This document shows, piece after piece, positions 1 through 11,343 of a stretch of DNA of 64,000 bases. The stretch comes from the human T2T-CHM13v2.0 reference genome, Homo sapiens. Location of the stretch: NCBI RefSeq assembly GCF_009914755.1, contig NC_060933.1. One strand, given 5' to 3'. Below the pieces are notes generated by a model that was not told where the DNA came from, searched no databases, and was given only the letters and a program-made list of their open reading frames with translations. The stretch's first letter is position 1. Each line of letters begins with the position of its first letter. The translations under genes and the position numbers were made by a program.

Positions 1-94
1 CTTTAGACATCAGTGCTTTTTATCCAGGAATACCTCTCTAAAGCACTCTAGTGCTCACATGTCTGCTCCTACCCACTGCACTGAACTTAGAGGG

Positions 95-357
95 TCCATG
101 TGCCTAACGGGCAGGGCACCGAGGGCAGCCTCTTGTCAAGAGACAGTGGAAACTGAGGCCCTCAGTCCTTCAGCCCGTGGAACTGAAATTCTGCCAACAA
201 CAGACTCTTTCCTCGTGCAGCTTATCAGACACCTGGATTACAGCCTCAGGGGGGCCCCTGAGCAGAGGACCTGCTAAGCTGTGCCTGGACTCCTCAATCG
301 TAAACACTGTGTGATAAGAAATTGTGTATTTTTATGCAGCAATAGATAACTATCACA
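95..357 (+). mobile_element. MLT1-family (MaLR) LTR 3' fragment
   Basis: Typical MLT1 motifs gaaactgaggccctcagtcc...ctgccaacaac and ctgctaagctgtgcctggactcct, with terminal tatgcagcaatagataactatcaca. Confidence 0.75.
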
Positions 358-524
358 GTTGTGAAATCACCACTTTTCACAGTGACTAAGAGCCAAAGCA
401 GGTGCCAATCACTAAAATTTCCTTGTCAAGGAGGGCACTGTAATGTCATTCCACTGGTGAAGAGAACTTGGAGCAGACTTCGTGAGTTTCAAGGAATCAC
501 AGGAAACAAAATCACCTCCACTAC

Positions 525-832
525 AAGCTGGGACCTGCAGTGTGTGTGTACGTGAGCGATGGAAGCTGGGGTCTGCAGGGTTGTGTGTATGTGAGCAGTG
601 TGAACTGGGGGGGTCTGCAGGGTGTGTGTATGTGAGAGATGTGAGCTGGGACCTGCAGGGTGTGTAAATGTGAGAGATGTGAGCTGGGGTCTGCAGGGTG
701 CGTGTGTGTGAGCGATGTGAGCTGGGGTCTGCACAGTGTGTGTATGTGAGCTATGGAAACTGGAGTCTGCAGGGTGTGTGTATATGAACAATGGAAGCTG
801 GGGTCTGCAGGGTGTGTTTATGTGAGTGATGA
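525..832. repeat. Minisatellite, ~38-bp unit x ~8 (agctggggtctgcagggtgtgtgtatgtgagcgatgtg)
   Basis: Eight consecutive 38-41 bp units read directly. Confidence 0.95.
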
Positions 833-889
833 AAGTGCCACCCTGATGTGTGTTTCTGCTCTAGAATAGCTTCAGATCTGGAGTGTAGC

Positions 890-1025
890 CATTCTTGAAA
901 AAATTTTGGAAATAGCAGTGATGACTGTACAACATTGTAAATGTCGTTAATGCCACTGAATTGTAACTCAAAATACTTATAATGGCAAATTTTATGTTAC
1001 ATATATTTATTAAGAAAAGATAAAT
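890..1025 (+). mobile_element. L1MB-type 3' end fragment
   Basis: gtgatgactgtacaacattgtaaatgtcgttaatgccactgaattgta...aattttatgttacatatattt. Confidence 0.75.
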
Positions 1026-2546
1026 ACAAAACAGCGTAGAGTCAAATTCTCAGCTGTGCACAGCACATTCTCCAACCTCTAAAGAGAAACTTGGGTGGAA
1101 AGCCTGTGTTCTTTCAAATCCTGGCAGTAGAAGAGTAAATTGGTAAACACCTGCCAGTTGGGCAAAAAACAAAAAGCCCAGGTGTTGCCTTAGGTTTTTG
1201 TTTTTCCCTCTAGGTAGGAAAAGAAGGGGCCCAAGCATTCCCAAAGGTGAATTTCAGGTGGACCTAAAATGCTAAAAGTTTGTGTTGTTCTCTTCTACAA
1301 AAAGCTAAATTAGGTACTAGGGCTGGGGCAAAGCATTAGATAAACTGGAAAAAAGAAAAGAAAAACTCCTAAAAACAAAGAAAAAAAAAAGAAGAAGAAA
1401 GAAAAGAAAAACCCATTTCAGATGTTGCGAGAGTCTCCTATCCCCCATTCTAGGCATTTCTTGGCAGCTGTAATGTTAACTCTCAAATGCCAATTGCACT
1501 GTTGAAGGTTTGAGTAAACTTGGAAAGGAAAATTTAAAAAACTTGAAATGAAAGAGAGTTTTTAAAAGCTGGCTTTGTGTCTTATGGCTACTGCATCTAG
1601 ATATATGATAAAAACCATATTCTATGCTTGTAATTTCATAAACATTGGAGGAATCATCCTCATCAGGGAAGCTGCCAAAAGCAAACAAAACCCAGGATGG
1701 TATACAACTGCCTTGCTTGTTGCAGCTGGTGAGGGAATTGAAATGCAAGTTTTTGAATATGAAAAGGAAAATAATTTCCATAACTGACAATTTTTAGTAT
1801 GATTTTCACCTATGGGAGCCTCTGAAAAAGGGGAGACAATATGAAAAGACAGGCACTCTCTAATTGGAGATACACTTTTAGAATTTTAAATATTAGTTTT
1901 TAGTTCCTAATGAGCTCTTGTAAGATCAGATGCCTGCGCCTTAGAGGCTGATAATTTTCTGGCCTCTGAGCATATTTTTGAGTGGGTCCATTTGGACTCA
2001 GCAAATAACAAGCCAAACAGGGCTTAGGAAAGCCTTGCCCGTCACTGGGACCAGCAACACCGCTTTCCCACTCTGCAGGGCTTTGGCTTTGCTACAGCGG
2101 AACAAAATCTGTTGGCTTTTTGTGGGGTATCCTAACTCACAGATCCTAATTGCCTGGACCTGACTCTGAGATGAAACCTTACACTATCTGCTGCTGGCTC
2201 TTTCAGCCTCAGCACAAACTGTGCTGGACAAAAAACTCTATAAGCACAATAAACAGAACTCAGACTCTGGTATCACTGCAGATTAGGACATGCCTGCATG
2301 GGATCCCAAACTAAGAAAACATCATGGATGCTGGCTGGACTGTGTGCATCACACACAAATGCCCACAAGAAAGGGCTTGTTCTCTTACAGGACCATCTGC
2401 AATCAGGCTTCTGATCAGCCTCATATGTCTGACCCAAAAACTAATTGCATTCCTAAACTTGTGATTTCTGCCCCAAACAAGTTTGGGGTGAACACATCAC
2501 AGGGACTCTGAACTCCCTGCCCACTCCTGGCAGATTGGACTCTTGA

Positions 2547-2991
<445 letters not shown>

Positions 2992-3401
2992 TTGAATTTT
3001 TTTTTAAATTCAAGATTTCGTCCTAATTTCTGAATGTGGCATGTCTTTTTACTTAAATTGCATAATAATGTTTTCCTGCGACAATGTTTTTATTCCTCTT
3101 CCAGACAATCCTTCCTGACGACATGTCTGAATGAAAGTCAGGTATGATTTCAAAAATGTAAAGTAATGATTGCTGAAAAGGACACACTGATTTTGCAATA
3201 ATGAGAGAAAAAACAAAATCCTAGTAACTGGAAGGTCCAGGAAGGGGGAAGGCATTCATGATCTCTGTTGTTCAAGGCCATTCCTGAAAGCTCTCTCCTC
3301 CTCCGGAAGAAAACCCCCCTGTGCTGCCTTTCCTAGCTGCGGAGAATGTTTTGAATTCAGACTGATGGCCGAGGCAAGATCATGGGGCAGGGCAGACTAT
3401 T

Positions 3402-3648
3402 GTCAAAAAAAAAAAAAAAAAGCAAAAACCAGTGTCAGATAGAAGTTAAAGCAGCAAAGGCAAATTTTATTTAGAAACTATCTCAGTTGGGGAAAAGAGA
3501 CATCAGTACAGAACTGGGCTCTATTCCAAATAGAACAAGCACAAGTAGGAATTTATGGCCAAGGGACAGGGGTCACTGGATACAAAATTACTAACAGGAA
3601 GCATCAGGGATAAGGGGGGTTCTGGTTAAACTAACTTAATAGATTCTC
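3402..3648 (-). mobile_element. MER31-like (ERV1) LTR, 3' half
   Basis: Reverse complement has MER31-type ccctgatgcttcctgttagtaattttg, TATA-like ggccataaattcc and AATAAA (3466-3471); it is interrupted at ~3648 by the GAS2L1 copy. Confidence 0.7.
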
Positions 3649-5589
3649 TCTCTCTCTCATTTTGGCTGGAGCAAAACTTTACTGTTCAGAGGCTCTGCTG
3701 GGCCACGTGTCCTCAGGATACCAGGCTGCTCTGGCCTCCTCTAAGGCATTCAATAATATTAGTAATTAAATAGCAAAGCTCATCCCCCAACTGTAATGTA
3801 CAATAGAGGTCCCATTGTGACATTCCTGAGGAGTCTGGTCCCATGAGGTCAGGAACGCAAGAGGCAGAGGGGGCCCCCTGATGCAAAGAGGGTTAAGGCC
3901 ACAAACGAAAAGGAGAAGGGACAGGGTTTGGGGGCAGCTGGTCTGGTCCAGGAACCTGGCTGGAGGCATGCAAGCTCCCTTCCCCTTCCCCCCGCACCCC
4001 CCAACTCTGTGGGTCTGGAGGAACCCGGGGGAGACCCTAGGCATGGGGATGCCCGAGGGTTTGCAGTCTGGCTGTGTGTCCATCCTACCCAGTGCTCAGG
4101 TCCTCGAGTGTTCTGGACCAGTCAGGGGGCTCCCAGGTGCATCTAGTAGCCCCTCCCATGCTAGGGCAGGGCTTTCCTTCATTGGAGGAGGAGCTGGGAA
4201 GGGCTTGACAGCGGGCCGGGCAGCCCATTGGTCTTAAGGCCAGAGTCCCCACGTTGGCCACGTTTGCCATACAAGAGAATGAGGGATGAAGAGGAGGAAC
4301 TAGAGGATCTGTAGGCCGAGTCAGGAGCTAGAGGGTCTGGGGCTGGAGCCCGGTTAGGGGCTGGTCTAGTGGAGGTCCCGCTAGCAACAGCCTTATGGGT
4401 CCCGGCATTGGCCAGAAACTCCTCGTCCAGGCGTCAGAGCAGCTGCTCTGGTGTGTGCGGAAGACGCTGGCGCGTGTGGTGCTAAACTCTACACTGGGTT
4501 TGGACTGGGAAAGCCAGGGTGCTTCAGGGTGGTGGGCACGGAGAGCCCAGGAGTGCTCCTGCCCGAGCCCCGCTGCCCCTGCCCTGTGGCTCCCACGAGT
4601 GCTGCCCATCTCCATCCTTGCGCCCAACCTGCTCCTGCGCCCACGGGGCAGGGCTGAGGGCCCGCAGCTGGGCTCCCCTCCTCTCTCTTCTGGAGCTCCC
4701 CGGGGCTGACCCGGATCCAGCCGGTCCCGGGACTGGCTGCGCGGGGCAGGGGGCCGTCTCGGAGAGGCCAGGTGGTGGTGGTCAGCCCCCGTCTGGATCG
4801 CTTCCTCCGGGCCTAGTGCCTCATCCTCGCTGCGGGCACCAAGGGGGCGGCTCTGGGCTGAGAAAGCTGAGGAGTCACTGTCCTCGGAGTAGGAGCGGGG
4901 ATGCGGCGGGCAGCTGATCCCAGGGCCTGGGAGCCTCGGCACCTGCTTTATGCTTTGTAAGCGAATAGGGGTCACCTAGGGCCCGGAGCGCCGGCGCTCT
5001 CTCGAGGGGACCAGGCTACCAGGGCAGGGGCTAGGGGTGGGCGACACCCTCTGCGGGGACAGGGTGCGGACCCTCGACGGGGGCGGGCAGTGGGTAGTGG
5101 AGGAGCGGCAGCGCGGGTCCTGACGGTCCAGGTAGCGCTCCAGCGGGTCGCCACACCCACGCGCGCCGTCACGCGGCTCCCCCGCACCAGCACAGAGACC
5201 AACAGGCCGGAGTCTCCCACGCGGAACTTCCCCTCCGAGGCCTTTATCTTGGGGAGCTGAGCGGGTGCAGAGTCCCAGTGTCTCCCTTGCCAGCTCGCGG
5301 AGCACTTCGGAGTCGCCCAGATCCGTGCGCCACTGGCCGATGAAGGTGGCCGGACTGTCGCGGGCCACGAAGAAGCCCAGCGCCAGCCACCCTGTGGGCC
5401 TGGAAGGTCACACTTCGGGATGCGCGGACAGCCTCATGGGTTCCCATACACGGGCCAGCCGAGCCACTGTGGGCGGGGGTACAAACCAGGATCGCTGTGA
5501 GGACCCGGCAGGCGCTCAGTGCAGACTAAGCCGCAGAGCACTGCACCGGCCTGTCACTCAGGCCAAATGTCTGGTTTACCTGCTGGCGC

Positions 5590-5710
5590 TGAGAAACCTC
5601 AGTGCCTCAGTTTCCTCATCTGCGAAATGGGTACAGTAAATTACCTGCTTGGTAGGATTCAATGGGATAATTTTTAATAAGCAACTTAGCGTCCATAAAT
5701 ACTGGCTACA
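5590..5710 (+). mobile_element. MIR fragment
   Basis: cctcagtttcctcatctgcgaaatgggtacagtaaattacc MIR core. Confidence 0.75.
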
Positions 5711-6019
5711 CAGCCTTTTTTTTTTTTTTTGGAGATGGCTGGGGCCTCCGTCACAGGCAGGGAAGTGCCCACTGTGAAGGGCTGGGACCTGGAGAGATGA
5801 AGACAACGGCTGGGACCCCCAGTGGATAGGAAGGGAACCCAGGTCCCGACCTCAGGGTGGGTGACCTCCATGGTTCAGGGCTGTGCCCAGCCCACCTCCT
5901 GCGGGAAGGTCCGGGCTTCTCCCTTGATCCCCCTTCCCTAAGGGCTGAGCCATCAAAAAAACGACGTAGCAGCAGTAATGGTATCAGTAACAGCAATGCA
6001 GTGGCTAGGGCTGAGTGCA

Positions 6020-6130
6020 TGGTGATATTATCTCCATTTTACAGATGAGGAAACTGAGGCGCGGAAAGGGTAAGAGCTCGCTGGAGGTCTCAGAGCTGTG
6101 GGTGGAGCCAGGGCGTCCAGGCTGCGCCGC
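6020..6130 (-). mobile_element. MIR fragment
   Basis: tctccattttacagatgaggaaactgaggc reverse-complement MIR core. Confidence 0.8.
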
Positions 6131-6464
6131 GCGGCCTATCTCGGCGATCCAGCAGCCGAGCCGCGAAAGCCAGAACCCCCTCAGCCAAGAAGCTCCCCAG
6201 AACCCCAGGCCGTCGTTTGTGGGTCAGAACTGATGGCCCAGGCCCAGAGGGGGTGCAGAGCCGCTCAAGGTCACACAGCTCCAGGTAACAGAGGCTGCTA
6301 ACGCTGCTGTCTGGCCCCGGGCAGGGAGTACTGGGGGTCTCCCCGCTTTCCTGGCTCATCCACCGGCCGCGGGAAGCATCGCCCCTGCAGAGGCAGGAGC
6401 CAGGCCTAGCCCGCAGCAGGGAGGCGCCTGCAAGCCACAGCTGGATCTGCCGGGCCGCTGCGGC

Positions 6465-6660
6465 CTCCTAACGGCGGGCCGGGATGATAACGATATTGAC
6501 GGTAGGGGCTGAGGAATTTGATCAGGTATCAAGGATGATCAGAGACCTTGGTAGTGGTGGGAATTTTGCCTAATTTGACTCAACAGAGTCTTGAATAAGC
6601 AGGCCAAGGTCAGAGCCCCAGGTTGGTACCTTAAGGGCTTAGAGGGGCCTGACTAGCGTG
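6465..6660 (-). mobile_element. MER31-like LTR, 5' half
   Basis: Reverse complement ctagtcaggcccctctaagccc...gatacctgatcaaattcctc continues the LTR cut at ~3648. Confidence 0.7.
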
Positions 6661-6818
6661 AGCTTAGCACCGTTGCAGGCTTGACATCAGGGAGTCCTGT
6701 CATCAGGGCTGACTCCATACTGAACTGCTAGGGAACTCTGAGACCCACAAAGGAACTATGAGAAACACTTTCTTCACCAGCAGCCATGCTCTTAACAGTA
6801 TACAACACATTATACAAG

Positions 6819-7469
6819 GCCTCCAAAGGGCCACTGTAACTCCAAGCTCTGGTTAGTGAAATTGTGTCATTTAGATAAAAAGAACAAGAAGAGGGCCATC
6901 ATGTTTAAACATGTAACCAGCTGGAGTCCCTGGAGAGAGGGGACTTTCAATTTGCTTAGAAGCAGAGGCTCCCATTCTCACCTTGTCCGAACTTAAAACA
7001 AAGCAAGAGCAAGCAAAAAGATGGAGAGCAGTACCAAGAAACTCAAACAAAGGCAAATACCTCCACCAAGACAGGAGTTCTTTAGCATGAATGAAGACTT
7101 GTGGCTCCAGGTTCCAGCAGGCGCCCAGATCTCAAAGCGCAACCAGCTTTTAGTGAGTATCTCACAGATGTCGAAGAGACCACCAGAGCCACGGAGGATG
7201 AAGTCACATGGCTTCCCTAGTAATAAAAAGGAGGAATTAGCCGGTCAGGCCAATAAGTGTTTACTCAGGAATGTGGGTTGCAACCTGGGTACCAATGAGA
7301 GACTGTACCACCCAAGAGAGCAAGGGCTCACATCGATAGAAACTTATTTAGATTACATAAATTGTTTGCCAGATTATTTCATAAATAAAGAATTCTTTAA
7401 TTGTTAGCAGAAGAGTCCTTTTGCATCAGTGGGTCAGGAAAAACCTATTCACAGTTTGTAAAGACAAGG
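6819..7469 (-). mobile_element. ERV1 leader and gag start, inverted segment
   Basis: Minus-strand MGASASKQIESPLSPGTPAGYMFKHDGP (ATG at 6975; myristoylation-type gag N-terminus) running into NQSLELQWPFGG. Confidence 0.7.
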
Positions 7470-7734
7470 ACCAGAGTTTGGAGTTACAGTGGCCCCTTGG
7501 AGGCTCATTTGAACTTTTCAAACATATATATATATTTAAAGATAACATCTTGGAAATAAAAAGGTTTGCACTTCTCAGAATGTATGGGAAGCATACTTTA
7601 ATTAGCATTCAGAAGGGATACACATAAAAAAGACCATGAAATCTAAAAGAGTTTTCCCAAGACACTGTTTCTAAGTTAGTAAAAGAAAACAAGCATTTAA
7701 ATAAAAATCTTCAGGAGATAAAAATCTTCAGGAG

Positions 7735-7858
7735 GCTGGGCACGCATGTTCCTGTAGTCCCAGCAACTCAGGAGACTGAGGCGGGGGGATCACTGAGCCT
7801 AGGAGTTCAAGTCTAGCCTGGGCTAAATATAGTAAGACACTGTCACAAAAAATAATAA
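7735..7858 (+). mobile_element. FLAM/Alu monomer
   Basis: ggctgggcacg...gtagtcccagcaactcaggagactgagg with A-rich tail. Confidence 0.8.
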
Positions 7859-8289
7859 TCAAATCTTCAGGAGAATGTTCATGCTCAGCCTTATCATATG
7901 CCCCGCCGGCAGAACTCCAACATTCCTATTCCCTCCCCTTTACAGCCACCTAAAACAGCTGAACCAAAACTTAGACTAGCAATCCCTATGATGACCTTCC
8001 CTACCCCTGTCCCAATTCCTACATACCCCTTCCAATACTCCCCAAATAAAGAGAATTTACTGGTGGCATCTTACACTCTGGTCCAGTTCTGAGTTGCCTG
8101 TGATACGACAGCCAAATAATTTGCCAAGGTGACTGAGGACCTCTCAGATTTGCCGAGGAATTCTCGACAGTCTGTACAAGTTATGTCCTAGAGTTTTCAA
8201 TTTCTATCAGCTGATACATTTGCTGGTGGGACCAGGAGGAGGGAGACATTGGGCAAAAATTGGCAGGATGGGAAAATCCTTCTGATGAT

Positions 8290-8424
8290 TGATTGATTGA
8301 TTGCTTTAGATATGGAGACTCACTATGTTACTCAGGCTGGTTTTGAACTCCTGAGTTCAATGATCCTCCCACCTCAGTCCCCTGAGTAGCTGGGACTATA
8401 GGCACCCACCACTCACATTTGGCC
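8290..8424 (-). mobile_element. FLAM/Alu monomer with (GATT)n tail
   Basis: Reverse-complement Alu monomer. Confidence 0.75.
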
Positions 8425-8722
8425 TCTTATGATGATTTAAATCAAGATTTGCTCCAAGATATAGAAAAAGCCAAAGAATTGGTTGACACATTAATTAAAG
8501 TTATTCTCATGGCTTTTCCAAAGCCAGTAGATTGGAATAAAATTTTGGCTTGTGCTCAACGAGAAGGCAGACTAGTTCATGGTTATTCCAACAAACTAGA
8601 AAGTAATATTTAAATAAAATTCTGGTCTCTCAAAAGAACAGACTGATGCCACTTAAGTAGCACTTAACTCCATGTTTGTCAATGGTCTCAATGAAGATTT
8701 AACCGTATTAGTTAAGAGAGCA

Positions 8723-11343
8723 TAGAAAATTAACAAAGATATTCAGGACCTGAACTCAGCTTTGGATCAAGTGGACCTGATAGATATTTACAGAACTCTT
8801 CACCCTGAAACAACAGAATATACATTATTCTCATTGCCACATGGCATTTACTCTAAAATTGACCACATAATCAGGAGTAAAACACTCCTCAGCAAATGTG
8901 AAAGGAATGAAATCATAACAAACATTCTCTCAGACCACAGTGCAATCAAATTAGAATTCAAGATTAAGAAATTTACTCAAAATCACACAACTACCTGGAA
9001 ATCGAACAACCCGCTCCTGAATGACTCTTGTTGATTAATTAAGGCAGAAATCAAGAAGTTCTTTAAAACTATTGAGAACTAAGATACAATGTACCAGAAT
9101 CTCTGGGATGCAGCTAAAGCAGTGTCAAGGGAAAATTTATACACTAAATGCCCACATCAAAAAGCTAGAAAGATCTTAAGCTAACAACCTAACATCACAA
9201 CAAAAAGAACTAGAGAACCAAGAGCAAACAAACCCCAAAGCTAGCAAAAGACAAGAAATAACCAAGATCCAAGCTGAACTGAAGGAGATAGAGACACACA
9301 AAAAAAATCCTTCAAAAAAAAAATCAATGAATCCACGAGCTGGATTTTTTAAAGAAATTAATAAAATAGACCACTAGCTAGACTAATGAAGAAATGAAAG
9401 AAGATTCAAATAAATATAATCAGAAATGATAAGAAGAATATCATCACTGACCCCACGGAAATACAACCATCAGAGAATCCTATAAACACCTCTATGTGCA
9501 TAAACTAGAAAATCTAGAAGAAATGGATAAATTCCTGGACACATACACCCTCCCAAGTCTGAACTAGGAAGAAATTGAAACCCTGAATAAACCAATAATG
9601 AGTTCTAAAATTGAGGCAGTAATAAATAGCCTACCAATCAAAAAAAGCCCAGGACCAGATGGAGTCACAGTTGAATTCTACCAGAGGTACAAAAAAAGCT
9701 GGTATCATTTCTCCTGAAACTATTCCAAATGGTTGAAAAGGAGGGATTCCTCCCTAATGCATTCCATGAGGCCAGCATCATCCTGATACCAAAACTTAGC
9801 AGAGATACAACAGAAAAAGAAAACTTCAGGTCAGTATCTTCAATGAACATTGGTGCAATAATCCTCAATAAAATATTGGCAAACCAAATCCAGAAGCACA
9901 TCAAAAACCTTATCCACCACAATCAAGATGGCCTCATCCCCAGGATGCAAGAGTGGTTCAACATACACAAATCCATAAATGTGATTCATCACATAAACAG
10001 AACTAAAGACAAAAACCACATGATTATCTCAATAGATGCAGAAAAGGCCTTTGAAAAAATTCAACATCCCTTCATGTTAAAAACTTTCAGTGAACTAGGT
10101 ACTGAAAGAACATACTTCAAAATAATAAGAGCCATATATGACAAACCCACAGCCAATATCATACTGAATGGGCAAAAGCTGGAAGCATTCCCCTTGAAAA
10201 CTGGCACAAAACAAGGATACTCTCTCTCACCACTCCTATTCAACATAGTGTTGGAAGTTCTGGCCAGGGCAATCAGGCAAGAGAAAGAAATAAAGGTATT
10301 CGAATAGGAAGAGAGGAAGTAAAACTATCTTTCCTTGCAGATGATATGATCCTATATATAGAAAACCCCAATTGTCTCAGCCCAAAAGCTTCTTAAGCTG
10401 ATAAGCAACTTCAGCAAAGTCTCAGGATATAAAATCAATGTGCAAAAGTCACAATTATTCCTGTACACCAAAAACAGGCAAGCAGAGAGCCAAATCATGA
10501 ATAAACTCCCATTCACAATTGCCACAAAAAGAATAAAATACCTAGGAAGACAGCTAACAGGGGAAGAGAAGGACCTCTTCAAGGAGAAGTACAAACCACT
10601 GCTCCAGGAAACCAGAAATGACAAAAAGAAATGGAAAAAAAATCCATGCTCCTGGATAGGAAGAATCAATATCTTGAAAATGGTCATACTGCCCAAAGCA
10701 ATGTATAGATTCAATACTATTCCCATTAAACTACCATTGAAATTCTTCATAGAATTATAAAAAAACTATTTTAAAATTCATATGGAACCAAAAAAGGGCC
10801 CCAATAGCCAAGACAATCCTAAGCAAAAAGAACAAAGCTGAAGGCATCATGCTACCTGACTTCAAACTATACTACAAGGCTACAGTAACCAAAACAGCAT
10901 GGTACTGGTGTAAGAACAGACACATAGACCAATGGAATAGAGACCACAGAAAGAAGACTGCACACCTACAACCATCTGATCTTTGACAAACCTGACCAAA
11001 ACGAGCAATGGGAAAAGGATTCCTTATTTAATAAATAGTGCTAGGAGAACTGGCTAGTCATATGCAGAAAATTGAAACTGGACCTCTTCCTTACAAAATC
11101 AACTCAAGATGGATTAAAGACTTAAATGTAAAACTCAAAACTATAAAACCCTGGAAGAAAAATCTAGGCAATACCATTCAGGACATTTTGTGACAAAGAT
11201 GCAAAAAGCAATTGCAACAAAACCAAAAATTGACAAATGGGATCTAATTAAACTAAAGAGCCTCTGCACAGCAAAAGAAACTATCATCAGAGTGAACAGA
11301 CAACCTATAGAATGGGAGAAATTTTTTGCAATCTATCCATCTG
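8723..11343 (+). mobile_element. L1 (older L1PA/L1PB-type) ORF2 fragment, disrupted
   Basis: ORFs 8762-9034 (endonuclease DHSAIKLE), 9729-10307 ([10 protein letters not shown]), 10440-10760 and 11190-11378, separated by stops and frameshifts; no 5'UTR, ORF1 or 3'UTR. Confidence 0.95.

Larger units (their letters stand above)
3650..6464 (-). pseudogene. GAS2L1P2: GAS2L1 (growth arrest specific 2 like 1) retro-pseudogene, semi-processed
   Basis: Minus-strand ORF fragments match GAS2L1: VTFQAHRV and FFVARDSPATFIGQWRTDLGDSEVL (CH domain), KASEGKFRVGDSGLL and LERYLDRQDPRCRSS (GAR domain), SEDSDSSAFSAQS, RSQSRDRLD, MDTQPDCKPSGIP. Coding introns are absent; there are many frameshifts and deletions. 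ATG at 5447; AGTAAA signal at 3678-3683. The P2 vs P1 assignment is recalled from locus order. Confidence 0.9.
4400..6490. promoter_or_regulatory. CpG island-like region(s) over the GAS2L1 retrocopy (densest 4950-5550 and 6060-6490)
   Basis: Very GC-rich with abundant CG dinucleotides compared with CpG-poor flanks. Confidence 0.7.
7470..8722 (+). mobile_element. ERV1 (MER4/MER34-group-like) degenerate gag
   Basis: LELQWPLGGSFEL matrix motif, Pro-rich segment, AFPKPVDWNKILAC and LNSMFVNGLNEDL capsid-like remnants; interrupted by FLAM/Alu pieces. Confidence 0.7.

Noticed and set aside
1476-1790. Overlapping ORFs in unique-looking DNA (FPDEDDSSNVYEITSIEY)
   Set aside because: No family recognised and no convincing splice donor; could be revisited with TBLASTX
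4328-4975. 215-aa ORF as a functional GAS2L1 protein
   Set aside because: It matches GAS2L1 only in patches because it drifts between frames, and it lacks the CH and GAR domains
9729-10760. Active reverse transcriptase gene
   Set aside because: Fragments of L1 ORF2 separated by stops and frameshifts, with no promoter or ORF1
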